64,000 bases of DNA, taken from assembly GCA_963827235.1 (NCBI GenBank), contig CAWHAE010000015.1:1-64000 (forward strand), written 5' to 3'. Position numbers and translations under genes: made by a program. Positions 12,445-21,648 of the stretch are shown piece by piece. This stretch comes from an uncultured bacterium (GTDB lineage: Bacteria; Chloroflexota; UBA5177; JANWHV01). Numbering within the stretch: position 1 is the stretch's first letter; each line of letters opens with the position of its first letter. The notes beneath the pieces were generated by a model, which saw nothing but the letters and a program-made list of their open reading frames with translations, made no database searches and had not been told where the DNA came from.

Positions 12445-13920
12445 ATGGCGCTAGGCACTCGCGTGTATCAAAACTACATCAACGGCGACTGGAAGGCCGC
12501 GTCGAGCGGCGAGGAGCGCCCGAATCTCAACCCAGCCCGGCCGGACGAGGTGATCGGCTACTTTCCTCGCTCGACGGCGGACGATGCGCGGGAGGCGATA
12601 GCCGCTGCGGTAGCGGCGCGCGACGGCTGGGCCGGACTCTCGCAGCTCCGCCGGGGTGAGATCCTGAACCGCGCGGCGGAGCTGCTGGCGGCACGCGTAG
12701 ACGAGGTAGCCACGGCCATGACCCGTGAGGAAGGGAAGACGTTGCGCGAGGCGCGCGGAGAAACGCTGCGCGGCGTGGCCATACTGCGCTATTACGCCGC
12801 CGAAGGCCCGCAGCCGATCGGCGAAGTCTATCCCTCCGCCAATACGCGCACCATGCTCTACACCATGCACGTGCCTCTGGGCGTGGTCGCGGCGATCACG
12901 CCGTGGAACTTCCCCGTCGCCATCCCACTCTGGAAGGTGGCGCCGGCCCTCGTGTACGGCAACACGGTGGTCCTGAAGCCGGCAGAGCTGACGCCGCTGA
13001 CCGCGACCCTGCTGGTCGAGATCCTCGCGGAGGCCGGTCTGCCGGCCGGCGTGCTCAACCTGGTGGTCGGCAGCGGATCGACCATTGGACCCGTGCTGGG
13101 CGGATCCTCCGGAATAACCGGCGTCACCTTCACCGGCTCGAACGCGGTTGGGCGCGGTCTGCAGCGCACGGTGCAGGAGCGCGGCGGCAAGATCCAGCTC
13201 GAGCTGGGCGGCAAGAACCCGGTGATCGTGCTCGAAGATGCCGACCTCGATCAGGCTGCCGCGATGACCGTCAACGGCGCCATGCTCTCTACCGGCCAGA
13301 AATGCACGGCAACCAGCCGCGCTATCGTCGTGCGCGGCGTCCTCGACGCCTTCACGGAGAAGGTGCTGGCACGGGTCAAGGCCATGGTGGTCGGCGACGG
13401 GCTCGACGAACGTACCAACATGGGTCCCTGCGTCTCGGCCGACCAGCGGGATACCGTGCTGGACTACTTCCGCATCGCGCGCGAGGAAGGGGCGACCTTG
13501 CTGGCCGGGGGCCACGGGCTGGACTCGGCCGACTATCATGGCGGCTACTTCGTGCAGCCCACCCTCTACGCCGGCGTGCGGCCGGAGATGCGCATCGCGC
13601 AGGAGGAAATCTTCGGGCCCGTGCTGGGCATCATCCCTGCGGATACCGCCGAGCAGGCCGTGGAGATCGCCAACGGCGTGCGCTACGGTCTGTCCGCCTC
13701 GATCTTCACCCGGGATATTGCGAGCAGTCTCCGCTTCACGCACCAGATCCAGGCCGGCATCGTGCACATCAACGGAGAGACGGCGGGAGCGGAGCCGCAG
13801 GTGCCCTTCGGCGGCATGAAGGAGTCGAGCTCGTTCTCTCGGGAGCAAGGGAAGGCCGCCTCGCAGTTCTTCACGCAGACCAAGACGGTATACTTTGACG
13901 AGCCCGCCACGCCGGCCTGA
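12445..13920 (+). CDS. Aldehyde dehydrogenase, probably alpha-ketoglutarate semialdehyde dehydrogenase (GucD/YcbD-like)
   Basis: ITPWNFP, FTGS, LELGGKNP, GQKCTATSR, EEIFGPV, PFGGMKESS...REQG; pathway context. Confidence 0.85.
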   Translation: MALGTRVYQNYINGDWKAASSGEERPNLNPARPDEVIGYFPRSTADDAREAIAAAVAARDGWAGLSQLRRGEILNRAAELLAARVDEVATAMTREEGKTLREARGETLRGVAILRYYAAEGPQPIGEVYPSANTRTMLYTMHVPLGVVAAITPWNFPVAIPLWKVAPALVYGNTVVLKPAELTPLTATLLVEILAEAGLPAGVLNLVVGSGSTIGPVLGGSSGITGVTFTGSNAVGRGLQRTVQERGGKIQLELGGKNPVIVLEDADLDQAAAMTVNGAMLSTGQKCTATSRAIVVRGVLDAFTEKVLARVKAMVVGDGLDERTNMGPCVSADQRDTVLDYFRIAREEGATLLAGGHGLDSADYHGGYFVQPTLYAGVRPEMRIAQEEIFGPVLGIIPADTAEQAVEIANGVRYGLSASIFTRDIASSLRFTHQIQAGIVHINGETAGAEPQVPFGGMKESSSFSREQGKAASQFFTQTKTVYFDEPATPA

Positions 13921-14119
13921 GCCTGCGCGGCGACAGTCGCCTCGTGGGCGGTCCGCGCCGGGGTGTCAAAGGCCTGGCTTGCAGGCGGAGCACCGGCGGG
14001 TCGCGCACGCGGCAGGGACGGGACTGACGACACAGGCCGGGTGGGACCAGATGCGTTGCCGGCAGAGAAAACTCGTGCCTGAATCGGCATTGCTACAGCG
14101 CAGCTAAAGGAGAGCGACT

Positions 14120-15007
14120 ATGCCCAGTACGGCCGACACATTGCCCGGCGTTCCCGCGCTCTGTCGCTTCCGGCTCCCGGATGGAACCGCGCACCTTGGC
14201 TGGTGGGACGGCAGCGCGGTCGCCGACCTCAGAGACTCGCGCGGCGAGTCTCTCACGCTCGCCCGGTTGCTCGAGGATGGAACGCCTCTTGCCCAGGCCG
14301 CCACCGATCTGGCTCGGGGCGCGCCACGCCATGCCCTCGATCAGGTTGCCTTGCTCCCGCCCATCGACAGCCAGGAGATCTGGGCGGCAGGCGTCACCTA
14401 CGAGCGCAGCCGGCAGGCGCGCATGACGGAGAGCGAGAGCGCCGGCGACATGTACTGGAAGGTGTACGTCGCCGAGCGGCCCGAGCTGTTCTATAAGGGC
14501 ACTGCCCGGCTGACGGCCGGTCCGGGGCAGCCAATCCACGTACGCGCCGATTCGCGCTGGTCGGTGCCCGAGCCCGAGCTGGCGCTGCTCGTCGACCCCC
14601 GCATGCGCATCGCCGGATTCACGATCGGCAACGACGTCAGCGCTCGCGACATCGAGGGCGAGAACCCGCTCTATCTGCCGCAGGCCAAGGTATTCGCGGG
14701 CTCATGCGCGCTCGGTCCCTGGATCGTGCCCAGCGAAAGCATTCCGGACCCCTACTCGCTGCCCATCAACTGCAGCATCAGCCGCGGCGGATCGACGGCC
14801 TGGCAGGATGCTACCACCACCGCGCAGCTGCACCGGCGCTTCGAGGAGCTCGTGACCTATCTGTATCGGGCCATGGGCTTCCCCGACGGTGTGTTCCTGC
14901 TCACCGGTACGTGTCTCGTGCCCCCCGATACCCTTAGCCTGCAGAGCAGGGATGTGGTGGAGATCCGTATCGGCGGGCTGGGCGTGCTGCAGAACGCCGT
15001 CGCCTAA
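14120..15007 (+). CDS. xylX: FAH-family protein, probable 2-keto-3-deoxy-D-xylonate dehydratase (XylX/KdaD-like)
   Basis: EIWAAGVTYERS, RPELFYK, VPEPEL, GNDVSARDIEGENPLYLPQAK, LLTGT. Confidence 0.8.
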   Translation: MPSTADTLPGVPALCRFRLPDGTAHLGWWDGSAVADLRDSRGESLTLARLLEDGTPLAQAATDLARGAPRHALDQVALLPPIDSQEIWAAGVTYERSRQARMTESESAGDMYWKVYVAERPELFYKGTARLTAGPGQPIHVRADSRWSVPEPELALLVDPRMRIAGFTIGNDVSARDIEGENPLYLPQAKVFAGSCALGPWIVPSESIPDPYSLPINCSISRGGSTAWQDATTTAQLHRRFEELVTYLYRAMGFPDGVFLLTGTCLVPPDTLSLQSRDVVEIRIGGLGVLQNAVA

Positions 15008-15136
15008 CAGGCACCGCCGGCGGCCGGCTCGTGCCGGTGACCACGGGCATCGGCGGCACGGTAGGTTATGTCGACATCTGTGCCCGCAGGGAGAGCGGGA
15101 GGCCGCCGCAGGTGCACGTGCACCGGTCGGCGTCAT

Positions 15137-16405
15137 CTACCGCCAGCTGAACACCAGCCGCGTCGATCGGCGCTCGAGCGCCACCTCGTTCGGCGCGCAC
15201 TGGTACGGCATATCGGACGGCATGGCGAGCAGGACGACATCGTCGAGGGAGTCTGCTTGCCCACGGCTGAACGGCCGGCCCGCGCGGTCCCAGGCCAGTA
15301 CCTGCGCGGCCAGGCGCCGGCCCGGCTCGTCGTCGGGTCCGAAGCTGCGCACGAGCAGCGGGTGGCGCATGCCGGGAAAAACCGGCTTCTCCATGGCGGA
15401 TGGAAGGCCGTGCGGGCTGGCGAGCAGGGCGATCGTGGCATGCCGGCACAGGCCGGCGGCCGCCGCGGGCGCGTGTCCGTCGTCCCTGCCTCGCATGAGC
15501 AGATCGCAGAAGCCCGGCTCGTGCAGAGCGATCCACAGGCGGAGACCGTGCAGCTCGGGCGACTGGATGGCGACGTCGACGGCAACCTCGCGGCCGGGCT
15601 CGGCCAACGCCGCGGCCAGGCCCTCTGCTGTCAGGTCCGCGCTGCCGGTTACGAGCCGGATTTCCGAGCGGGCATCCAGGACGAGGGGAGACGTTGCCTG
15701 GGCTCCGAAGGCCCCTCTCAGCGCCACGAAGCGGCAATGCGAGAGCCTGCGACTCTCGAGGTAATGGCCGGCGATCTCGAACGTGGCGAGGAGCTTGTGT
15801 CCGGATATGCCGTCCAGCGGCGTGATGCCCAGCGGCACCACCAGTCGGCCGCCCGGGCGAAGCTGCTCATGCCACGCCGGCGGGATGTCGTCAGCGCCCA
15901 CGGTCACGATGATGCGGTCGTAGGGAGCCAGGCGAGCGTAGCCGGCACCGCCGTCTCCATGGAATACGGTGACCCGGCCGTAGCCGGCCGCGTGCAGACG
16001 GGTCCGCGCGGCGTCGACCATATCGTCGTCGATATCGATGGTCACCACCCGTCCCTGCTCGCCGACCATGTAGGCCAGCAGGGACGCGTTGTAGCCCGTG
16101 CCCGCTCCCACTTCCATGACCTGCTGGCCCGGCTGCACCTGAAGCTGCTCCAGCATGATGGCCATCATCGAGGGCTGCGAGGACGAGCTGATCGTCAGCT
16201 CGCCCGCCGTCTTGGTCACGATCGAGGTGTCGTTGTAGACCTGGCTCAGGGGCACGCCGGGCAAGAAGAGGTGGCGGGGCACGGCGCGGAACGCGGCTTC
16301 GACCTGCACGGTACTGATCACGCGATCTCGTACCATACGATCGACCAGGGCCCGCTGCAGCGCAACGGGATCCTCATTCCGGGCCTGGAATCGGGATCCG
16401 CTCAT
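15137..16405 (-). CDS. Protein-L-isoaspartate O-methyltransferase-like protein with C-terminal extension (FxLD-system/RiPP type)
   Basis: SD AAGGA before ATG at 16405; AFRAVPRHLF, SSSSQPSMMAIMLEQL, MEVGAGTGYNA, APYDRIIVT, QLRPGGRLVVP, CRFVALRG, plus a ~170-aa extra domain. Confidence 0.85.
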   Translation of the reverse strand: MSGSRFQARNEDPVALQRALVDRMVRDRVISTVQVEAAFRAVPRHLFLPGVPLSQVYNDTSIVTKTAGELTISSSSQPSMMAIMLEQLQVQPGQQVMEVGAGTGYNASLLAYMVGEQGRVVTIDIDDDMVDAARTRLHAAGYGRVTVFHGDGGAGYARLAPYDRIIVTVGADDIPPAWHEQLRPGGRLVVPLGITPLDGISGHKLLATFEIAGHYLESRRLSHCRFVALRGAFGAQATSPLVLDARSEIRLVTGSADLTAEGLAAALAEPGREVAVDVAIQSPELHGLRLWIALHEPGFCDLLMRGRDDGHAPAAAAGLCRHATIALLASPHGLPSAMEKPVFPGMRHPLLVRSFGPDDEPGRRLAAQVLAWDRAGRPFSRGQADSLDDVVLLAMPSDMPYQCAPNEVALERRSTRLVFSWR

Positions 16406-16479
16406 GCTGCCGTCCTTCGCAGCGCCGCTGCTACAGGCAGGATACCGCGTCCGGCCCATTCTGCCCCGCCGGTTCTCGC

Positions 16480-17433
16480 CTACGAGCTGAAATCCGCGAT
16501 CCGGCGCTTCGGACCGGCCGCGCCCGGCGGGTCCTTGTCCGCGTCTGCACCCGGTGCCAGGATGGCACGGCTGACGTCGATGAAGGCGCGCAGCGCCGGT
16601 GAGATCCACTTGTCGTGATGCCAGGCAAGCAGCGTGGTCAGGCCGTAGTCGCCCGCGCTCCACGGCAGTCTGACCAGGCGTCCCCTCGCCAGCTCCGCTT
16701 CTACGGTGATCACGGGCAGGAAGCCGACACCCATGCCGGCCATCACGCACTGCTTGATCGCCTCGATGCTGCTGAAGTTGAGCATGTGCGTGGTGACCGA
16801 CGCGGTGGCGAGAGTCTGTTGGAACAGTCCCGTGTAGGAGTAGCCGGCCTCTACCAGCAACAGTGTCTCCCCTTCCAGGTCGGCGGGCTCCACGATCGAG
16901 CGCCGGGCGAGAGGGTGCGAGGGGTAGGTGATCACCGCCAGCGGCTCGTGCGTGAGCGTCTCGAACACCAGGTTCTCCGCGTTGGCCGGCCGTTCCAGCA
17001 GAATGCCTATGTCAAGCTTGCCGTCGTTCAGCATCTGCACCAGCTTCACGTAGACGCCCGGCCAGAACACCAGGCGCACGCGCGGGAAGAGGTTCTTGAA
17101 CTGGAAGAGAACCGGCGGCAAGCGATAGGCGCACAGCGATTCCGGAGCGCCGATCGTGAGTGTCCCTCCCGGAAGGTGGTCGTCGGGCACCGCGACGCGA
17201 GCCTCCTCGGCCAGATGCAGGATCTTCTCGGCGTAGGGCCGCAGCCGCAAGCCGGCGGTGGAAAGGGCTACACGCCTGCCCAACCGCTCGAAGAGCGGAA
17301 CGCCCAGCTCCTCCTCCAGCGCCTGGATCTGCGCGGTCACGCTCGACTGCGCGTAGTTCAGCGTTTCCGCGGCGCGCGTGAAGCTGAGCGTCGAGGCCAC
17401 GGCGACAAACGTGTTGAGCTGCCGGATCTCCAT
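16480..17433 (-). CDS. LysR-family transcriptional regulator
   Basis: MEIRQLNTF...SFTRAAETLNYAQSSVTAQIQALEEELGVPLFER helix-turn-helix; substrate domain ending EAIKQCVMAGMGVGFLP. Confidence 0.95.
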   Translation of the reverse strand: MEIRQLNTFVAVASTLSFTRAAETLNYAQSSVTAQIQALEEELGVPLFERLGRRVALSTAGLRLRPYAEKILHLAEEARVAVPDDHLPGGTLTIGAPESLCAYRLPPVLFQFKNLFPRVRLVFWPGVYVKLVQMLNDGKLDIGILLERPANAENLVFETLTHEPLAVITYPSHPLARRSIVEPADLEGETLLLVEAGYSYTGLFQQTLATASVTTHMLNFSSIEAIKQCVMAGMGVGFLPVITVEAELARGRLVRLPWSAGDYGLTTLLAWHHDKWISPALRAFIDVSRAILAPGADADKDPPGAAGPKRRIADFSS

Positions 17434-17449
17434 GCGTGCCACCTCGCCC

Positions 17450-17472
17450 TTCAATCGACTGAGGCGATTGAA
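17450..17472. promoter_or_regulatory. LysR-type operator (perfect inverted repeat containing T-N11-A)
   Basis: TTCAATCG-actgagg-CGATTGAA, 16 bp upstream of the lysR start in the divergent intergenic region; T17455-N11-A17467. Confidence 0.75.
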
Positions 17473-17575
17473 TCCTTCGATAACATCGTTTGGAATGATG
17501 ATAGCGCGGTGGTATTGTAGAAGTGAGAGGAGGCACCGCTGCCTCCGGAAAATCCCAGACGAAGGAGTTCTTGGG

Positions 17576-17785
17576 ATGGTGACGAACAAGGTTACAGACG
17601 TATTGACTCTCGCGGGCGGTGCGTGGCCCCGAGAAGCCCGCCGCGTGTATGAGCTGGCGGCTACCCAACACGTGCAACTGGATCCTGAGATGGTGGAGAC
17701 GTGTGACGTACGCGACCTCCAGCGGCTGGCTTCCCAGCTTCAGGAGCATCGAGTACGCGCGGGGCATCACTGGCATCTCAACTAA
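17576..17785 (+). CDS. Small hypothetical protein (69 aa), divergent from lysR
   Basis: SD GAAGGAG at 17561, ATG 17576, followed by a strong terminator. MVTNKVTDVLTLAGGAWPREARRVYELAATQHVQLDPEMVETCDVRDLQRLASQLQEHRVRAGHHWHLN. Confidence 0.65.
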   Translation: MVTNKVTDVLTLAGGAWPREARRVYELAATQHVQLDPEMVETCDVRDLQRLASQLQEHRVRAGHHWHLN

Positions 17786-17812
17786 CGTCGCGTTCCTCAA
17801 ACTTGCAGCAAG

Positions 17813-17860
17813 CAAACTCCCCGAACGTGGTGCGGCCTCGTTCGGGGAGTTTGTCTATTC
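17813..17860 (+). terminator. Intrinsic terminator-like hairpin
   Basis: 15-bp perfect stem CAAACTCCCCGAACG / CGTTCGGGGAGTTTG, then TCTATTC, 27 nt after the small ORF stop. Confidence 0.75.
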
Positions 17861-18155
17861 CCGGCCAATGCGGTCGCACACCGCGGCAACAGGCACGTGG
17901 GCACGGGTTCAGCACGGGCACTCCTGTCTGCCGCCGGGTGATCCGCTCAGGTGAAGGTGGACGAACGCCAATCGCCCCACTCCCTATGGCGGGGTGACCC
18001 AGCGTGCGTCCGGCTCCCAGCAGCGATCGCGGCTAACCGCCTGTTGTGCCGGAATGGCACGGATGAACGCCAACCTGGGCATGGCCGAGGGAGGTCGGGC
18101 ATGCTAGACTGCGCCCAGCGATGCTCAGGCGCCTCGCGGCATCGAGGAGCGGCCT

Positions 18156-20591
18156 ATGCCGGAAACGTCCGAACCTGAACGGCCTGCGTACCCCTCGGGG
18201 GAGGGCAGGCGTCCCGGCATACAGATCCGAGCGCGGCGCGGGTCCGCTGCAACACGTCACACGGGCGGTACTCGCCTTGCGGCGCTGGAGAAGATAGCCA
18301 CCGCCCTGGCCATGACCCGTACACCCGAGGATGTAGCGGCGGCAGTGACGCGGGTGGCGGCGAAAGCCCTCGGTGCCGTGGCCGCATCGGTCCGCTTGCT
18401 CGGGTCAAACGGACTGCTCGAGCGGGTGCCTGAACCCAGCCCGGCAACGTCCGAGCCCCTCATCCCCTTTCCCATCCGCATCGCCGCCGTCGACTTGATC
18501 GCCGACGTCATGCGCCGGGGCACAGTGGTGCGCGTCGAAACACCGGAGGACGGCCTTGCGCGCTATCCAGATACGTGGCCGGCAGTGATGCAGCGCGGCG
18601 TCCGGGCCGCGATCGCGGTACCCATGCAGACCCAGGGGCGGATCTTCGGCGCTCTCAGCATGAGCTTTGCACAGCCGCACGCGTTCACGGCTCGGGAGCA
18701 AGACTTCATCGAGGCCATTGCCAGCCTGACGGGGCAAGCCCTGGATCGTGCTCGGCTCCTGGCTCTGGAGTTGGAGCGAACGCACGCGGCGGAAGAGCTG
18801 GCCCGCCTCCGGCAGCAGCAAGCGGAGGAGGCACACGCTCTGGCCGCCATCAGCGGCGCGCTGGCGAGCACGCTCGAGCCCGGCCGGCTCTATGCCGTGA
18901 TCCTCGAGCAGGCGGTCAAGGTTCTCCCCTGCGACCACGCCGCCGTGCACCTGTACGAGGATGGCTGGGCGGTCGTGGCCGCGAGCTGGGGCGTGCATGC
19001 TCAACGGCCGGGCACGCGTATCTTCCCGGTCACGGCGGTCGACCCGATGACCGTCTTTGGATCGGATGGCAAGCCAGCGCTCATTGCCGATACCAGCCGC
19101 ATCCGCTGGATCGACGTACCGCCGTTTACCGGTGAGCTCACCATTAGGAGCACGCTGGTCGTGCCGCTCCTCTTCGACAGTGCCGTGGTGGGGACGTTCA
19201 ACATCGACAGCTTCACGCCCAACTTCTACAGCCAGAGGCATCTCGACCTGGCAATCGCTCTCGGCGAGCAGGTCGGTCACGCGCTGCGCAACGCCAAGCT
19301 CTACGCCAGCGAGCAGGCCAGGGCGCAGACTGCCGAGGAGCTTGCCCGCTTGCGGCAGGTACAGGCGGAAGCAGCCGAGATGCTGGCGCAGGTGAGCAGT
19401 GTCCTTGCCAGCACGCTCGAGCCGGCCGAGCTCTACCGGCTCGTCCTCAGCCAGGTCTCACGCGTGATCCCCTGCGATAACGCCGCGGTGGTCCTGTATG
19501 AGAACGACTGGGTCGTGCTGGGCGCGAACTGGGGCGATCCGCAGACGCCTCCGGGCACCCGCATGTTTCCCCTGTCGGAAATAGGGAACATGGCTAGCTT
19601 TTCGGCGGGCCAATGCGTGCTCATACGCGACACGGCCGAGCAGCCGAGATGGAAAGCGCGTCCCCCATTCACCGGCATCACCGCCATCCGCAGCATACTC
19701 TTCGTGCCGCTCCTGCTGGACGGCAGGCTTGTCGGCTCGCTGAATATTGCCAGCTACACGCCGGGCATCTACGACCAGGGCCACCTTGCTCTGGCCGCGA
19801 GATTCGCCGAGCGCGTGCAGCACGCCATGCTCAACGCGCGGCTGTACCAGGCCGAGCAGCAGCGTGCCCGTGCCGCCGAAGCGCTGGTGCAGCTGCGTGA
19901 GGGCTTCGTCGCCTCGATCAGTCACGAGCTCCGCACACCCTTGACGGCAATCATCGGCTACGGTGAGCTGCTGCAGGCCCGGTGGGCCATGTTCGACGAT
20001 TCCCAACGTCTGACCAGGATCGGCAGCATCGTGGCCGCCGCCAACAGGCTGCAGCGCCTGGTAGCCGATCTCCTGCTGCTCAACCAGCTGGAGACCGAGG
20101 CCCTGGTGCCGCACTGCCTGCCGGTGCCCCTGGATCCGCTCGTACGACAGGCGGTCGAGGAGGTGCAAGGCAGCTACGTGGGACAGGAAGTGGAGCTGAG
20201 CGGCCCCGGAGACGAGCTCGTGAACGCCGATCCGGATCGCACGGTGCAGATCCTGGCCAACATGGTGGATAACGCCGCAAAGTACTCTCCCGAGGGCTGC
20301 CCGATCGTCATTAGCTGGGAGATCAAGGACCCGTTCCTGGTACTGCGTGTGCGCGACCAGGGAGCAGGAATCTCGGAGCAAGGCCGCGAGCACTTGTTCA
20401 CACGCTTCGGCCGCGCGCCAGGGAGCAAGGTACGCTCCGGGCACGTCGGCACCGGACTTGGCCTGTACCTGGGGCGTCTGCTCGCCAGAGCCATGGGCGG
20501 CGAGCTCGAGCTCTTGTCCACCGGACCGCAGGGCAGCACGTTCCAGCTGCAACTTCCCAGGCCGACAGAGTGCTATGCTACAGAACGATGA
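18156..20591 (+). CDS. Cytoplasmic sensor histidine kinase with three GAF domains
   Basis: Three GAF motifs (IAVPM..GRIFGAL; LVVPL..VVGTF; LFVPL..RLVGSL), H-box ISHELRTPLT, N-box NMVDNAAKYS, DQGAGI, GTGLGL. No TM segment. Confidence 0.93.
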   Translation: MPETSEPERPAYPSGEGRRPGIQIRARRGSAATRHTGGTRLAALEKIATALAMTRTPEDVAAAVTRVAAKALGAVAASVRLLGSNGLLERVPEPSPATSEPLIPFPIRIAAVDLIADVMRRGTVVRVETPEDGLARYPDTWPAVMQRGVRAAIAVPMQTQGRIFGALSMSFAQPHAFTAREQDFIEAIASLTGQALDRARLLALELERTHAAEELARLRQQQAEEAHALAAISGALASTLEPGRLYAVILEQAVKVLPCDHAAVHLYEDGWAVVAASWGVHAQRPGTRIFPVTAVDPMTVFGSDGKPALIADTSRIRWIDVPPFTGELTIRSTLVVPLLFDSAVVGTFNIDSFTPNFYSQRHLDLAIALGEQVGHALRNAKLYASEQARAQTAEELARLRQVQAEAAEMLAQVSSVLASTLEPAELYRLVLSQVSRVIPCDNAAVVLYENDWVVLGANWGDPQTPPGTRMFPLSEIGNMASFSAGQCVLIRDTAEQPRWKARPPFTGITAIRSILFVPLLLDGRLVGSLNIASYTPGIYDQGHLALAARFAERVQHAMLNARLYQAEQQRARAAEALVQLREGFVASISHELRTPLTAIIGYGELLQARWAMFDDSQRLTRIGSIVAAANRLQRLVADLLLLNQLETEALVPHCLPVPLDPLVRQAVEEVQGSYVGQEVELSGPGDELVNADPDRTVQILANMVDNAAKYSPEGCPIVISWEIKDPFLVLRVRDQGAGISEQGREHLFTRFGRAPGSKVRSGHVGTGLGLYLGRLLARAMGGELELLSTGPQGSTFQLQLPRPTECYATER

Positions 20592-21031
20592 GCGCCTCAA
20601 TCGAAGTTGATTTCCTGATCGTGGCCGACCGCGCCGAAGTGCTGAATGGAAAGCTCTACATGATGGGCGGCGGCTGGGATTCCATCGGCACAACCGGCCC
20701 CGACCAGCCCGTGCAGTTCACGGTTGCCGTGGGTCTTCTCGTTCCCTGGAATGCCACCAACGTGGAGTATCCCTGCGCCATCCGCCTGGAAGACGCGGAC
20801 GGCGCCGCCGTGCTGAGTGTCAGCTATGCCATCAAGGCGGGACGACCGCCCAATCTACCCGAGGGCGCGACACAGCGCTTGACGGTCTGCCAGCCCATTG
20901 CCGCCATGTTTCCCCGGCCCGGCATGTATGTACTGGTCGCGACGGCCGGCGCGGACCAAAAACGTACGTCATTTCACGTGCGGCAGGCTCCGGCGCCCAC
21001 GCCTCAGCCGTTCCGGCCGCCGCAGTCCTGA
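20588..21031 (+). CDS. DUF6941-like hypothetical protein
   Basis: ATGA overlap with the kinase stop; DFLIVADRAEVLNGKLYMMGGGWD...LLVPWNATN pattern. Confidence 0.7.
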   Translation: MSASIEVDFLIVADRAEVLNGKLYMMGGGWDSIGTTGPDQPVQFTVAVGLLVPWNATNVEYPCAIRLEDADGAAVLSVSYAIKAGRPPNLPEGATQRLTVCQPIAAMFPRPGMYVLVATAGADQKRTSFHVRQAPAPTPQPFRPPQS

Positions 21032-21046
21032 TCCCGCGGAGCTCGC

Positions 21047-21451
21047 ATGACTGACTCGACCCTGGCCGACATTAGCGCCATGCTGGCCGCCATTGGCACC
21101 AGCGTGCTGCGCCTGCCCGAATCCCGCCCTTCCCAATTCGGCACCGAGTGGACCTCGGCGATCGGCGATCTGCTTCGCGCCTGCGACTCTCTCATCCATG
21201 CGCTGACCGGGCGTGGCGAGCAAGAGTCTGGGGCGGATCACCTGCTTGCCGAGGCTCGCGCGTACCGCCGGCTGCTCTTCCTGGCCATCGCCGAGGCCGA
21301 TCCGGATCAGGCAGTGTTCTGGACGGAGGCGTACAAAGAGAGCGAGCGCGTTTCCGAGGCGCAGACGGCAGCCGGACTGCATCCACGCTATTTCGCCGAC
21401 CAGCAAGCCGAGTCCGACCTGCGCGCCCGCTGGCTGGGCGACGACGCCTGA
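21047..21451 (+). CDS. Hypothetical protein with an antitoxin-like C-terminal motif
   Basis: SD GGAG. The C-terminus DPDQAVFWTEAYKESERVSEAQTAAG resembles the DQAWFWTxEWQxxERExxxDIAAG tail of some AbrB/MazE-type antitoxins. Confidence 0.6.
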   Translation: MTDSTLADISAMLAAIGTSVLRLPESRPSQFGTEWTSAIGDLLRACDSLIHALTGRGEQESGADHLLAEARAYRRLLFLAIAEADPDQAVFWTEAYKESERVSEAQTAAGLHPRYFADQQAESDLRARWLGDDA

Positions 21452-21648
21452 GGCCTAAGCGGCACGAGCACGCCGTGGCTGCAGGAGCTGTTCACCTACC
21501 GCGGCGACCAGGTGGGCTATATAGTGCGGTCTTCGGAGCCTGGTGCTGGCCGGCGCAGGAGACCCCTGGTTCGCGCCGCGGCGCATTTGGCCGCGTAGTC
21601 TCCTCCCCTGGACGGCATCGCTCCGGACCCCGGCCGGCGCCGGTCGGG

